From positions 13,889,834 to 13,953,833 of the forward strand of contig CM082579.2 of the NCBI GenBank assembly GCA_040954595.2: DNA of 64,000 nucleotides, read 5' to 3'. Origin of the DNA: Balanoglossus misakiensis. Taxonomy: Eukaryota > Animalia > Hemichordata. Positions 9,455 through 21,793 of the stretch are shown here, piece by piece. The notes below the pieces were generated by a model. The model did not search any database. It worked only from the letters and a program-made list of their open reading frames with translations, and was not told where the DNA came from. Positions within the stretch are counted from its first letter, which is position 1. Each line of letters opens with the position of its first letter. The translations under genes were made by a program, and so were the position numbers.

Positions 9455-11515
9455 TTAGGGGACCAAGCGCCCTCAGGCGCTTGGTCCCCTTCTGTTATTG
9501 CTGGAGTTTTTCTTCTTTCTTCTTGAGTCGTTTTTTTGCTCCCGTTTTGCTCAAAAATCCCTGGTTCTACGCCTATGAACCTTGGCATGGTGGTTGGGGC
9601 CCATGAGTACTAGTGCACCTGCCCTTTGAATTTGTAATTAGTCACGTGACTTGGTGGCTATAATCGAGTGAAATTTTCAAATTAACCTAATTTGCACGTT
9701 AATGGGGGCATGTACATTCTTTTCGCGATTTTCGTAGACCATGTGGCCAAAATCCCCTGTGCCAAATTTAAAGGTCCTAGGCCACGTCGATTTTGAGAAG
9801 AAGATTTGTGTAATATTTTTCGCATTTTTTGGTGGGCTGAGAACAAACACTGGGGCATCGGACTTTGACCGTCATTACATAATGTTGTGGAGATCTCATT
9901 AGCAGGAGGGTTGCAGTAGTCCTTGGAAAATCGGCTGAAATACGTAAACAGACCAGTGATTATTTTCCACGGAATGAATTTTGGGACAACACATTATCGG
10001 AGTTCAGGCGATTTATTGAATTACGCTGAGTTTGTTAGCTGTTGCCGTTTAAATGTGTCTCTGTAGCCCCGGCTACACTGGTTAACATTCAATGTAATGC
10101 GGCAGCGGACTTTGACCCTCAGTCGCTAATGTTGTGGGCGGTTTCATTGGCATTTAGGTAGTCACATGTAGTGGATAGTAGTTCAGGAAATCGGCTGAAA
10201 TACATCAGCAGACCAGTGATTTTCTTGCACAAAGGGAGTATGGTACCAGCAATAATCAGAGATCAGGCTTCGTTGCCGTTCAAATGTTCCTACTTCAGTC
10301 GTGACGTTGCAATTGAACGTTCAGTATGGGGTTCGGCCCGCAGGTGGCCGTGGGGGTTATCAGGCCGCCCGTAATTGGACGCAGCTTCATGCAGCTCTAT
10401 GGGACCAAAATAATACGCCCGATTCGGGGGTCACCTGTGACACCTGCGTAACTCTATTATGTGCATGCGTAATTGTGGGGTCAATGAAAGGGATGCTAGC
10501 ATGGTATTTGTTGCACATGGATCAATATGAAGTCCGATTTTCCTGTCAAGTTGTGGGCGACCTTATGTGACATTTCACCTACTTGTGCTTAGTGAATAAC
10601 AGCAGATGCATGCAGCTTTGGCGTGGTGGTGGGGGGGGGGGTATACGGATGGGACCATAATGATATACCAAAGGCGGGGTCACCCGTTGCACCTGCAAAA
10701 GTCATTGATTTTGTACATTTAATTGGACACTAACCAACAGGGCGATATGTGTGGTTTTTGTTCCACAGGGACGAATGTAAGTGTCAGTTGGTTTTTGCCC
10801 AAATGTATAAGGTGATTTGGATGACCTCTGTCGTACAGTGCCATATCTCAGCACGTTGTACATGTGCAGCTTTGGTATTTGGAGGGATGAAACTATCATG
10901 AAATGCCAAATACATGGGGATACCTGTGACACCTGCTTGATTCATATATTCCGTGCATACCTAATGGTAGGCAAAGTGAAAGGGCTGCAAATGTAGGATT
11001 TGTTGCACATGACATAAACAGGAATGAAAATTGTTTGTCAAATAATTGGTTGACCTCAGGTGTCAATTGACCTGCTTTCCATATGTTAGCATGCAAATCA
11101 TATATAGCCAGGTGTTTGGAGGGGTAGGGTAGGACCTCTGCGTCATGAAATGCTAAATTCCTGGGGCCACCTGTAACTTACTTGCGTAACTCATTTTATG
11201 GTCATATCTAATTAGACCAACCCAAAGGGCGAGGATTTTCCATTGTCTTGAATATGAACCAAATAAGAATCAAAACTTTTGGCCCAATTTTTGGGTACCC
11301 TCAGCTGACCTTTGAAGTACTTACAACGTAGAAGTTCACCTTTGGTTGTTGTTTTTGTACTTGTACGACGTGCATTTCAGGTGGTTGCCTACTTCCCCAT
11401 ATCTCAACATCGAGAGCAAATACAGCCTACGCATTTGAATGGTACAACCCTGAATGGAGTCTAATGGTTATTAACTCTATGCTTGGGCCCCTTCAATGTT
11501 GCTTGCAGCTTTAAT
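9455..11515 (-). mobile_element. Probable non-autonomous Helentron-associated element (HINE-like) with internal tandem repeats
   Basis: Perfect 15-bp stem-loop at 9457-9490. A matching subterminal copy gcttgggccccttc lies at 11481-11494, followed by gcttgcagctttaatt. Internal ~240-250-bp repeats (ggggtcacctgtgacacctgc-like at ~10426, 10676, 10916, 11163). No coding capacity. Confidence 0.55.
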
Positions 11516-13649
11516 TTGTATTATCTTTTATGTGTATGTTTAGAAAAACAAAAAAGAACAGTTCTTCTACTGAACGCAGTCGCCTACTGCTTGTTGATAT
11601 GTGTACTGGCCCTGCAGTGCAACAACGGCATATGCTGCTGAAGAGGCAGATGTTTGACCAAATGTACCAGTGCAGTACTGAGATTGTAGAGCTGTTCGAA
11701 TACGAATTCAAAGTTTTGATTCCAATTGTTACATACACCCCCTAGACCAGTATCCGATCACTTTTATTAAAAATGATACTAACACTTCATTGGCAACTCG
11801 AACACTACAACAACGCCATGTTTTATATCACTGGAGGACTTACAATAGAAACAACCACAAATCCGGGTCAAGTTGGCAAAGGTCAAGGTAAACGAGAGTC
11901 CCAGACAAGTGGTGGCGCTAGACCCGTATGCGGTCACTTGGACCAGTTCTCCTGTCACTTTGCATCAGTTGCACAAACACAGTTAGAATGCATATTCTCG
12001 TAAAGTATTTGGATCCTTATAAGTAGAAATACTTTTTTTTCGTGAAGGAAATAAGTTTTTAAAGGGAAGAGAGAAATTTCATGGGCCCAGGACAGGCAAG
12101 AAATGATAACAATTAACTTTGTTAATCACTTAAAGAGCATATCTTGGCTCGAAACACACCTTTGAGGATAAGTAATAATTGGGCTTGTGTGTTAAATGCT
12201 GGTGTTCTTTTATTTATTTCATATGGACAAATAAATGTTAAATTTAAACATGTTCAGGGCCTGAGAAAAAAAACTTCTGTTTGGGCCACGCCCATACCCG
12301 TGACGTCACAAGAGGAACCCATTTACGTTTGCAACAGACTTAGCACTGTACATTGCAGTGGTTGAAATGCAATCATACATGTCTGTGATCTAAATAGCTT
12401 TGCTGTGTCAGCCTGGGTACAACTCTGTATCCCCCGCCCCCTTCAAAATAAACGTACATGTATACCTATCATCTAGGGGAGATGCGATTATGAAAAAAAA
12501 CTACTCGGCCCGGCTAGGCTACGGCTACGCATTGCAAGCAGTACACAACATGCAATGGCAGCGGATGTGTATAGGCGCCCAACACATACAATGATTGCTG
12601 CCTCGATTAAACCGTGGAATGTTGCCCAGAGGTTTAGGTCTAGAGTGCTAGGTCTAAATCTACTTATCTTGGACAATGTCAACTTATTGATAACTGATCA
12701 TGGTCTTTTGGCGATTTTCGATCACTGCCTCAACAGAATAAATACGCGCGTGTTATTACAAGGGAACTCTATCAGCGCCGATGCAAAGCGTGTACACGCA
12801 GTCAGCAGCGATGACACATATCGCGCCGCGATGTATATGTACCATGCCAGCACTAAAATTATGTCTTCTGAATTACATGTAAGCTATATGCCTTTTTGGT
12901 GATGACAAACAGAAACATTTATGACTTGTCGCTGTAATCATGAAAGTTCCTTCACATGCTTCATACTGCATTATAACAAAATGAAACCATACAACCAACA
13001 GCAACAGGCGATCATGCCGGGCCGACCCACTCACGCTCACACAGCATGAAACATTTTCATTGATACACACGAATATCCAAGTTTGGAAACGGTTTTCACT
13101 CACACGCGGCAAAATTTATTCAACACATTTTGTTTCAAAATTTGTACAGTGTGTTTTGGAGCCGATGAGTCGGACATAGTGCGACGTAAAACTTGTAAAC
13201 AAAGAAATTAGAAAAGAAAGATGGCGACCATACAGCCGAAGCCATACAAAGGTACGACTGAAAAAAATGTGAAATAGTAACAGTAATATTTTGAACGTTC
13301 AAGTTTTTACATTGATTGCTGTCAACAGTAGTATACTAGGTCTATATAAGACACATTAATATTCATGAGGCTCATTAATATTCATGAGTGTCATTATATA
13401 TTCATAAAATTTAATTTATTCATATTTAATTTTTCTTCATCAATATTCATGAGTAGGGTGAAATAGGACACATTAATAATTCATGAGGATAAACGTATTG
13501 ATATGAGTTATCATATAAAGTATGAATGTATAATGAAGTAGTAATGAAACATTGAAAATGACATAACTATGTAAGAGTATGTATATTGAGTTATAGTATA
13601 TGGTTTAATACGTATATATGCACTAGTAAATAACAATGGATTGTATTTT

Positions 13650-16600
13650 TAACATCTGCCCTCTCCTCCTGGTTGTCACCATGGCTGTTATAAGTTCTGT
13701 TAACGCTAATGGCCTTTCTGATTTACACACATTCGATCATGTTCTGCAATTTTGTAAAAATAGCCACCATGACGTCATCTGTTTTCAGGAGACCTTCTGG
13801 GACAATCAGATCGCTGTCCACATTCATAACAAAATTGCTCCAGATTTTCATTTCTTTCATAATAATTGTACAGATCCTGCAAGGAGGAGAGGGGTAGCAA
13901 TACTTGTGAGAAAACGGTCAGAGGTTAAAATTCTTGGTCATCGATGCGACTCTGCTGGAAGAATTATTTCCATACAAATTCAGGTTTCTCATCACAATAT
14001 TAATATTATCAACATTTACTCTCCTAATCAATCTCATCTCCGTACGCAGTTTTGGAAGGATCTTTCCCATTTTTTTCTCAATGATTACGTGCATGTTGTT
14101 ATAGGTGATTTCAATACTAAAATTAATCCTTACATTGATCAATCCAATAGTGTTTTAAACCATGTTGATCCTTCTCGTAAGCATTTGCTGAATTTCATTA
14201 CACAGTTTTCCCTGGTAGACATCTGGCGCAAACAACATCTTCACGCCAGAGAAAGTACTTGGCAACGGTATCTCCATGGCAATCTCCAGCAGAGTGGCAT
14301 TGATTATGCTCTCATACATGAAAGCATTGTCCACATGTGCCAAAGTTCTCATATTATGCATTTTCCCTATAGCGACCATGAACTTATCCAGTTCAAATTC
14401 AATTTCCATAACTCACCTCGGGGTCCGGGAGTCTGAGCTTTAAATAAAAATCTCTTGAGGGATAAAGTTTATGTCAATAATATATTGGATATCATTAAAA
14501 AGCCTAAATTTGACCTCAATTATACAAGTAATAAAATTCAGTGATGGGGGTGTTTAAAACATAATATTCGTAGATTTTCCCAGAAGTATGCAAAACAGCA
14601 GGCAAAATTGAGGCGCCACTTGAAGAAAACCTTAGAGAAAAAAAACTAAAATGGGAACTTAACATAGCTAACCGTTTCACCGACTATGATCTTACTAATG
14701 CTCATATTATTCAGGAAGACCTTGACAACACTATTTCCTTAGAAACCAAAGGGGCCTTAATCCGTTCTAAGATCCAGTTGTATGAGGAGGGTGAGATATC
14801 CACTCGGTTTTTCTTTAACCTAGAAAAGTCTAAGCAGGAAAGAAAATGCATCAAATCTTTAATTACTGACAACAATGAAATTCTCACTGACATTACTGAT
14901 ATAATCTCAGAAGCTCATACATTTTACTCAAAGCTTTATAACAATGAGCCTTGTGATCTTGCACTTCAAAATACTTTCCTTAGTTACATTACAAATACTG
15001 TTTCTGATGAGGAGTGCGCTGTCGCCGATTCAGAGTTTTCGGTAGAAGAGGTGACCTTTGCCCTCTCTAAGTGTATTCATGATAAAAGCCCAGGCGCTGA
15101 TGGTTTACCGTACGAATTTTATCTTCACTTCTGGGAAGATATCAAAGATGATTTGCTTGACATTTTCAACTGTATTTTCTCCAATAACATTTTTCCTTGA
15201 TGAGTGGAAAACTGGTCTTATTACCTTAATCCCTAAAGCAGACAGTGACCCCCGTTACATTAAAAATTGGCGCCCTATAACCCTCCTCAACTGTGATTAC
15301 AAAATTCTAGCTAAAACACTTGCCATTAGGCTCAATAGAATTATGCCCTCCATGGTCAGCCCGGATCAAACTTGCTGTGTCCCAGGTCTTGACATTGTGG
15401 ACAATGTTTTCTGTATGAGAGATCTCATCCATCATGTTGAATCCAGTAACTGTCCAGGTGCTATTCTGAAATTTGATTAGATGAAATCCTTTGATCGTGT
15501 TGATCACAAGTATCTGCTTAACACACTGAGGGCGTTCAGGTTCGGTGATAATTTTGTTAAATGGATTTCCATACTGTACAACCAGGTTATAAGTAATGTA
15601 AAAATTAACGGGTTTTTGTCTGACTCGGTGTTAATTAAACGAAGTGTCAGACAAGGGTGCCCGCTGTCAGCAATGTTGTACATGCTGTCGGCTGAGCCTC
15701 TAAATGCCGCTATTCAGCGTAACCACAACATACTTGGTATCCAAATTCCAGGCAGTACTGTATCTTCCTTAGTTTATCAACATGCTGATGATACCACACT
15801 TACCGTTAGTGATGACCATTCTATCCGCGAAGCGTATCAGGTCTTTTGTGATTATGGTAAAGCTTCTGGGTCAAAGGTTAATTTGAACAAAAATGCACTG
15901 ATGTGGATTGGAAACAATAGAGGGCGTACTGACTGCCCCTTACCTGTCAGGCTTCAACCGGATGGCATGGTCATTCTTGGTGTCATGTTGAGTCATGAAA
16001 AATCAGTTGCTGATGATTTGGTCTGATGGGCTCAGCGCATTCCAAAAATCTGTAGAATTCTGAAATCTTGGTCATTTCGTAAATTGTCCTACAAAGGGAA
16101 AACCCTCATTATCAACTCCCTTGTTACGTCTACTCTGTGGTACCGGGCATCTGTTGTTTCGTTGCCTCAGCAACACATACAAATTTTGAATGAGCACATC
16201 TGTAATTTCTTCTGGAGCAAAGGTCATCACAGGGTGAAATATGATGTCATCACTTCCGACATTCAAGATGGGGGACTTAAAGTCACAAATATTCAAGACA
16301 AAGTGCATGCACTTCGTCTCAAGTGGTTGTGTAAATTGCTGGATAAAGATTATGTTCACAAATTCAAGCTGTTTTTCACCTACAACTTAAATAAATATTT
16401 CGATCTCAATTGTGGTGTTGACACTTTTGAAATGTTACTTTATCCTACCAACTTACGTCAGTGTTCTACATTCTACAGGGAATTGTTTCAGTCTTAGTCG
16501 CATCTTTTCAAGTATTTTCGTGCACAACCAGTTTCCTACGATGAAATTATCAATGAACCCATTTTTCATAACCCATTCATTACAAGTGTTGAAGGGGGCC

Positions 16601-17809
16601 CCCTGGCGATTATAAAGCTTTTCAGTTCAGCTGGCATTGTCAAAATCAGGGATTTGTTATACGAAGTCATTCCTGGGTTCCTACCTGTTGATGCAATTGG
16701 TGACATGGTTTCATTGGCCCATCCTGACACTCCCACAAGCAATACTGTTGAGAAGCAACCATATTATCCTAAATTCAATTCCTCAAAAGTGGCATGATAT
16801 TCTGCAGGGTAATTACAAAGATTATAACAAAGTGGACAAAAACCCGTCTCTTTTTATTGTTAATGCTCATGATCAACGTGTTCCTTTCCATTCTCTTAAG
16901 GTTAGACACATTACTACAATAGCTCGGCATCTGTAATCTTCGTCTTTATAAAGCAGGCAAAATCCTCAGTCCGACTTGTGACTTCTGCACATTTTTTCCC
17001 TAAGACGTGTATCATTTGTTTGTGTGCTGCCAGGCAGTTCAATCCTTGTGGCAACTTGTTTTTGAGTATATCTACAGTGCCAGTAATGTAAATAAGTTTA
17101 ACCCAACAGATATAATTCTAATGATGTTATTTGGTTATCCTGTCAATGATGACAAGTACGAGTACACGCTGATCAATATTTTATTGTCACTTTCACGTTA
17201 TACAATTCATAGTAGAAGATTAGCATACAAGCGTTGTACTCGGAAAATCGACTTGATCAAGTTCTTTAAGTACAAATTAAAACAGAAAATCACTTTTGAA
17301 TATAACAGGTGCAAAGCAAGTGATGATGTTGCGCTATTTGAAAGCATCTTTGCACAAAACAATGTACTTGTAACGGTAAGAGATTTTGACTTTACCTTAA
17401 ATTTTTAAACAGTCTTTTTGTCTATGTTGTCACCTTCAGTTGAACCTGGCGCCCTCTGGTGTTACATACCATCTTTTTTTACTGGTAATTGTTCCTGTAA
17501 TTAAATTGTATGTCACAATTCCATGACAGATTGGAGTATAGGACTTACATAAATGATGGAATACTGTAATGCAATATTGTGAATTTAAAGATTGTTTATG
17601 TTGAATGATTTGATTACACATGCATTCATTCCGGTGAATGTTTTTTCATCAATATTGTAATGATTTGCAATAGTAGTGTAACATGTTGAGAATTTATGGA
17701 ATTTATTTAATATGAATCTTTCACTGTAATTACAAGCTACTTGTAATGTACAATCTATTTTTAACAGGGCAAGCCAGTGGGCCTGTCCTTTTTAATAAAA
17801 GATAAAAAA
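13650..17809 (+). mobile_element. Tx1/L1-clade LINE copy 1 (ORF2 only, multiple stops and frameshifts)
   Basis: APE endonuclease (SVNANGL, CFQET, GDFN, IDY, SDH) at 13681-14436. RT motifs KSPGADG, NWRPITLLNCDYKI, SVRQGCPLS, HADD; GGLKV; C-terminal CDFC...HLFVCC. The 3' UTR ends AATAAAAGATAAAAA. It has a ~150-bp deletion at ~16933 relative to copy 2. Confidence 0.92.
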
Positions 17810-18326
17810 GTAAGGCTAGCCTTTTACCTGAAGGTGTCAACTGATGTTGGTTCGAGACCACTTTTTATTCTATTTCTTTTTTTTTTTGGAGAACATTTAA
17901 CGACATTATCATTTTAATTTTTATCATTTTCATAAATCCAATTCATTTCAATATCTACGCTGCGTTTTTTATCTGTCGGGTATAAGAAATATGCACGGAA
18001 ACTTGGTCATTTTTTGACGCAGTTCACTTGGGCAAGTCTGAATACGGAGTGCTCAGCAGAGAGAAAAATAAACTCGCTAAAACCGTGTCTTGCCGACCGA
18101 ATGACCAACCAAGGAACGAAAAAGTCGTTATTTAGGCCGTAATAAAACGCTTTTGTTGCCGAGGAGTGAATTAAGAACGGTCAGATCGTTGCGGTGCAGG
18201 GAACTCTTATTTGCACCGCTGCGGTGCGGAGAAATCCTATTTGCACCGCTGCGTTGCAGGGAACTGGGAACTTCATTGGAGTTATGCTGCAATATAGTGC
18301 GGAAAATTTCTGACTTTTTCGAATAC

Positions 18327-18406
18327 ACATCGTGATGGCGAATGGTTCAGGAAGGCTAGCCTTTTACCTGAAGGTGTCAACTGATGTTGGTTCGAGACCA
18401 CTTTTT
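18327..18406 (+). ncRNA. Putative ~80-nt Pol III small RNA, family unassigned (vault-like B box)
   Basis: A-box-like TGGCGAATGG ~10 nt after the inferred start, B box GGTTCGAGACC, then an oligo-T terminator. Complementary segments acatc/gatgt, ttcagg/cctgaa, aagg/cctt. Confidence 0.55.
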
Positions 18407-18445
18407 TCATATTTCTTTTTTTTCTTGAGAACTTTTAAAGACATC

Positions 18446-20432
18446 ATCTTGGTGTCATGTTGAGTCATGAAAAATCAGTTGCTGATGATTTCAATTGGGC
18501 TCAGCGCATTCCAAAAATCTGTAGAATTCTGAAATCTTGGTCATTTCGTAAATTGTCCTACAAAGGGAAAACCCTCATTATCAACCCCCTTGTTACGTCT
18601 ACTCTGTGGTACCGGGCATCTGTTGTTTCGTTGCCTCAGCAACACATACAAATTTTGAATGAGCACATCTGTAATTTCTTCTGGAGCAAAGGTCATCACA
18701 GGGTGAAATATGATGTCATCACTTCCGACATTCAAGATGGGGGACTTAAAGTCACAAATATTCAAGACATAGTGCATGCACTTCGTCTCAAGTGGTTGTG
18801 TAAATTGCTGGATAAAGATTATGTTCACAAATTCAAGCTGTTTTTCACCTACAACTTAAATAAGTATTTCGATCTCAATTGTGGTGTTGACACTTTTAAA
18901 ATGTTACTTTATCCTACCAACTTACGTCAGTGTTCTACATTCTACAGGGAATTGTTTCAGTCTTGGTCGCATCTTTTCAAATATTTTCGTGCACAACCAG
19001 TTTCCTACGATGAAATTATCAATGAACCCATTTTTCATAACCCATTCATTACAAGTGTTGAAGGGCGCCCCCTGGCGATTATAAAGCTTTTCAGTTCAGC
19101 TGGCATTGTCAAAATCAGGGATTTGTTATACAATGGTCATTCCTGGGTTCCTACCTGTTGATGCAATTGGTGACGTGGTTTCATTGGCCCATCCTGACAC
19201 TCCCACAAGCAATACTGTTGAGAAGCTGTACCATATTATCCTCAATTCAATTCCTCAAAAGTGGCATGATATTCTGCAGGGTAATTACAAAGATTATAAC
19301 AAAGTGGACAAAAACCCGTCTCTTTTTATTGTTAATGCTCATGATCAACGTGTTCCTTTCCATTCTCTTAAGGTTAGACACATTACTACAATAGCTCGGC
19401 ATCTGAGAAAAACAGTGCCCACGGGTGTTCAGTATTGGCTCTTCCACCTGCCAAACTTTGATTTTAGTAAGGTTTGGTCAATCGTTTACACAAATTTCAA
19501 GGATAATTACCTGGGTGATCTGGATTATCTCATTTGTCACAACGCTGTTTTTAGTAATCTTCGTCTTTATAAAGCAGGCAAAATCCTCAGTCCGACTTGT
19601 GACTTCTGCACATTTTTTCCCGAAGACGTGTATCATTTGTTTGTGTGCTGCCAGGCAGTTCAATCCTTGTGGCAACTTGTTTTTGAGTATATCTACAGTG
19701 CCAGTAATGTAAATAAGTTTAACCCAACAGATATAATTCTAATGATGTTATTTGGTTATCCTGTCAATGATGACAAGTACGAGTACACGCTGATCAATAT
19801 TTTATTGTCACTTTCACGTTATACAATTCATAGTAGAAGATTAGCATACAAGCGTTGTACTCGGAAAATCGACTTGATCAAGTTCTTTAAGTACAAATTA
19901 AAACAGAAAATCACTTTTGAATATAACAGGTGCAAAGCAAGTGATGATGTTGCGCTATTTGAAAGCATCTTTGCACAAAACAATGTACTTGTAACGGTAA
20001 AAGATTTTGACTTTACCTTAAATTTTTAAACAGTCTTTTTGTCTATGTTGTCACCTTCAGTTGAACCTGGCGCCCTCTGGTGTGACATACCATCTTTTTT
20101 ACTGGTAATTGTTCCTGTAATTAAATTGTATGTCACAATTCCATGACAGATTGGAGTATAGGACTTACATAAATGATGGAATACTGTAATGCAATATTGT
20201 GAATTTAAAGATTGTTTATGTTGAATGATTTGATTACACATGCATTCATTCCGGTGAATGTTTTTTCATCAATATTGTAATGATTTGCAATAGTAGTGTA
20301 ACATGTTGAGAATTTATGGAATTTATTTAATATGAATCTTTCACTGTAATTACAAGCTACTTGTAATGTACAATCTACTTTTAACAGGGCAAGCCAGTGG
20401 GCCTGTCCTTTTTAATAAAAGATAAAACAAAA
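18446..20432 (+). mobile_element. Tx1/L1-clade LINE copy 2 (3' ~2 kb)
   Basis: Near-identical to 15976-17809. ORFs 18457-19161 and 19106-20029 (frameshifted). Same 3' UTR and A-rich end. Confidence 0.92.
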
Positions 20433-20946
20433 GTAAGGCTAGCCTTTTACCTGAAGGTGTCAACTGATGTTGGTTCGAGACTACTTTTTATTCTATTTCT
20501 TTTTTTTTTTGTGAGAACATTTAACGACATTATCATTTTAATTTTTATCATTTTCATAAATCCAATTCATTTCAATATCTACGCTGCGTTTTTTATCTGT
20601 CGGGTATTATAAGAAATATGCAGGGAAACTTGGTCATTTTTTGTCGCAGTTCACTTGGGCAAGTCTGAATACGGAGTGCTCAGGAGAGAGAAAGATAAAC
20701 TCGCTAAAACTGTGTCTTTCCGTCCGCATGACCAACCAAGGAGCGAATAAGTCGTTATTTAGGCCGTAATAAAACGTTTTTGTCGCCGAGGAGTGAATAA
20801 AGAACGGTCAGATCGTTGCGGTGCAGGTAACTCTTATTTGCACCGCTGCGGTGCAGGGAACTCTTATTTGTACCGCTGCGGTGCAAATAAGATCATTGGA
20901 GTTATGCTGCAATATAGTGCGGAAAATTTCCTACTTTTTCGAGTAC

Positions 20947-21026
20947 ACATCGTGATGGCGAATGGTTCAGGAAGGCTACCCTTTTACCTGAAGGTGTCAA
21001 CTGATGTTGGTTCGAGACCACTTTTT
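20947..21026 (+). ncRNA. Putative Pol III small RNA, second complete copy
   Basis: Same A box, B box and oligo-T as 18327-18406; one substitution in the apical loop. Confidence 0.55.
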
Positions 21027-21445
21027 TATTTCTTTTTTTTTTGTGAGAATTTTTAACGACATTATTATTGTAATTTTTATCATTTTCATAAAGCCAATTC
21101 ATTTCAATATCAACGCTGCGTTTTTATCTGTCAGGTAAATAAAACATGCAGGGAAACATGGTCATATTTTTGTCGCGCTTCAGTTGGGCATGTCTGAATA
21201 CGGAGTGCTCAGGAGAGAGAAAGATAAACTCGCTAAAACCGTGTCTTTCCGTCCGAATGACCAACCAAGGAACGAAAAAGTCGTTATTTAGGCCGTAATA
21301 AAACGTTTTTGTCGCCGAGGAGTGAATAAAGAACGGTCAGATCGTTGCGGTGCAGGGAACTCTTATTTGCACCGCTGCGGTGCAAATAAGATCATTGGAG
21401 TTATGCTGCAATATAGTGCGGAAAATTTCCGACTTTTTCGAGTAC

Positions 21446-21525
21446 ACATCGTGATGGCGAATGGTTCAGGAAGGCTACCCTTTTACCTGAAGGTGTCAAC
21501 TGATGTTGGCTCGAGACCACTTTTT
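21446..21525 (+). ncRNA. Putative Pol III small RNA, third complete copy with mutated B box
   Basis: 499 bp downstream of the previous copy; the B box reads GGCTCGAGACC. Confidence 0.45.
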
Positions 21526-21793
21526 TATTTCTTTTTTTTTGTGAGAATTTTTAACGACATTATTATTGTAATTTTTATCATTTTCATAAAGCCAATTCAT
21601 TTCAATATCAACGCTGCGTTTTTATCTGTCGGGTAAATAAAACATGCAGGGAAACATGGTCATATTTTTGTCGCGCTTCACTTTGGCAAGTCTGAATACG
21701 GAGTGCTCAGGAGAGAGAAAGATAAACTCGCTAAAACCGTGTCTTTCCGTCCGAATGACCAACCAAGGAGCGAAAAAGTCGTTATTTAGGCCG

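Larger units (their letters stand above)
17810..21793 (+). repeat. Tandem array of ~500-540-bp units, each with a small Pol III-type RNA gene; interrupted by LINE copy 2 and cut by an LTR at 21794
   Basis: The motif aaggctasccttttacctgaaggtgtcaactgatgttggttcgagacca recurs at ~17812, 18352, 20435, 20972 and 21471, with homologous spacers. Confidence 0.92.

Noticed and set aside
13221-13251. Possible first exon aagATGGCG...AAAG|gtacg
   Set aside because: No downstream exon could be linked, and its phase 1 does not fit the ankyrin exons.
17805-17870. Spliced-leader RNA (CAG|GTAAG at the LINE junction)
   Set aside because: The intact units read caggaagg without GT, the would-be leader contains ATGs, and no Sm site is evident.
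18327-18406. tRNA gene
   Set aside because: A and B boxes are present, but there is no acceptor stem or anticodon arm; oligo-T follows the T-loop directly.
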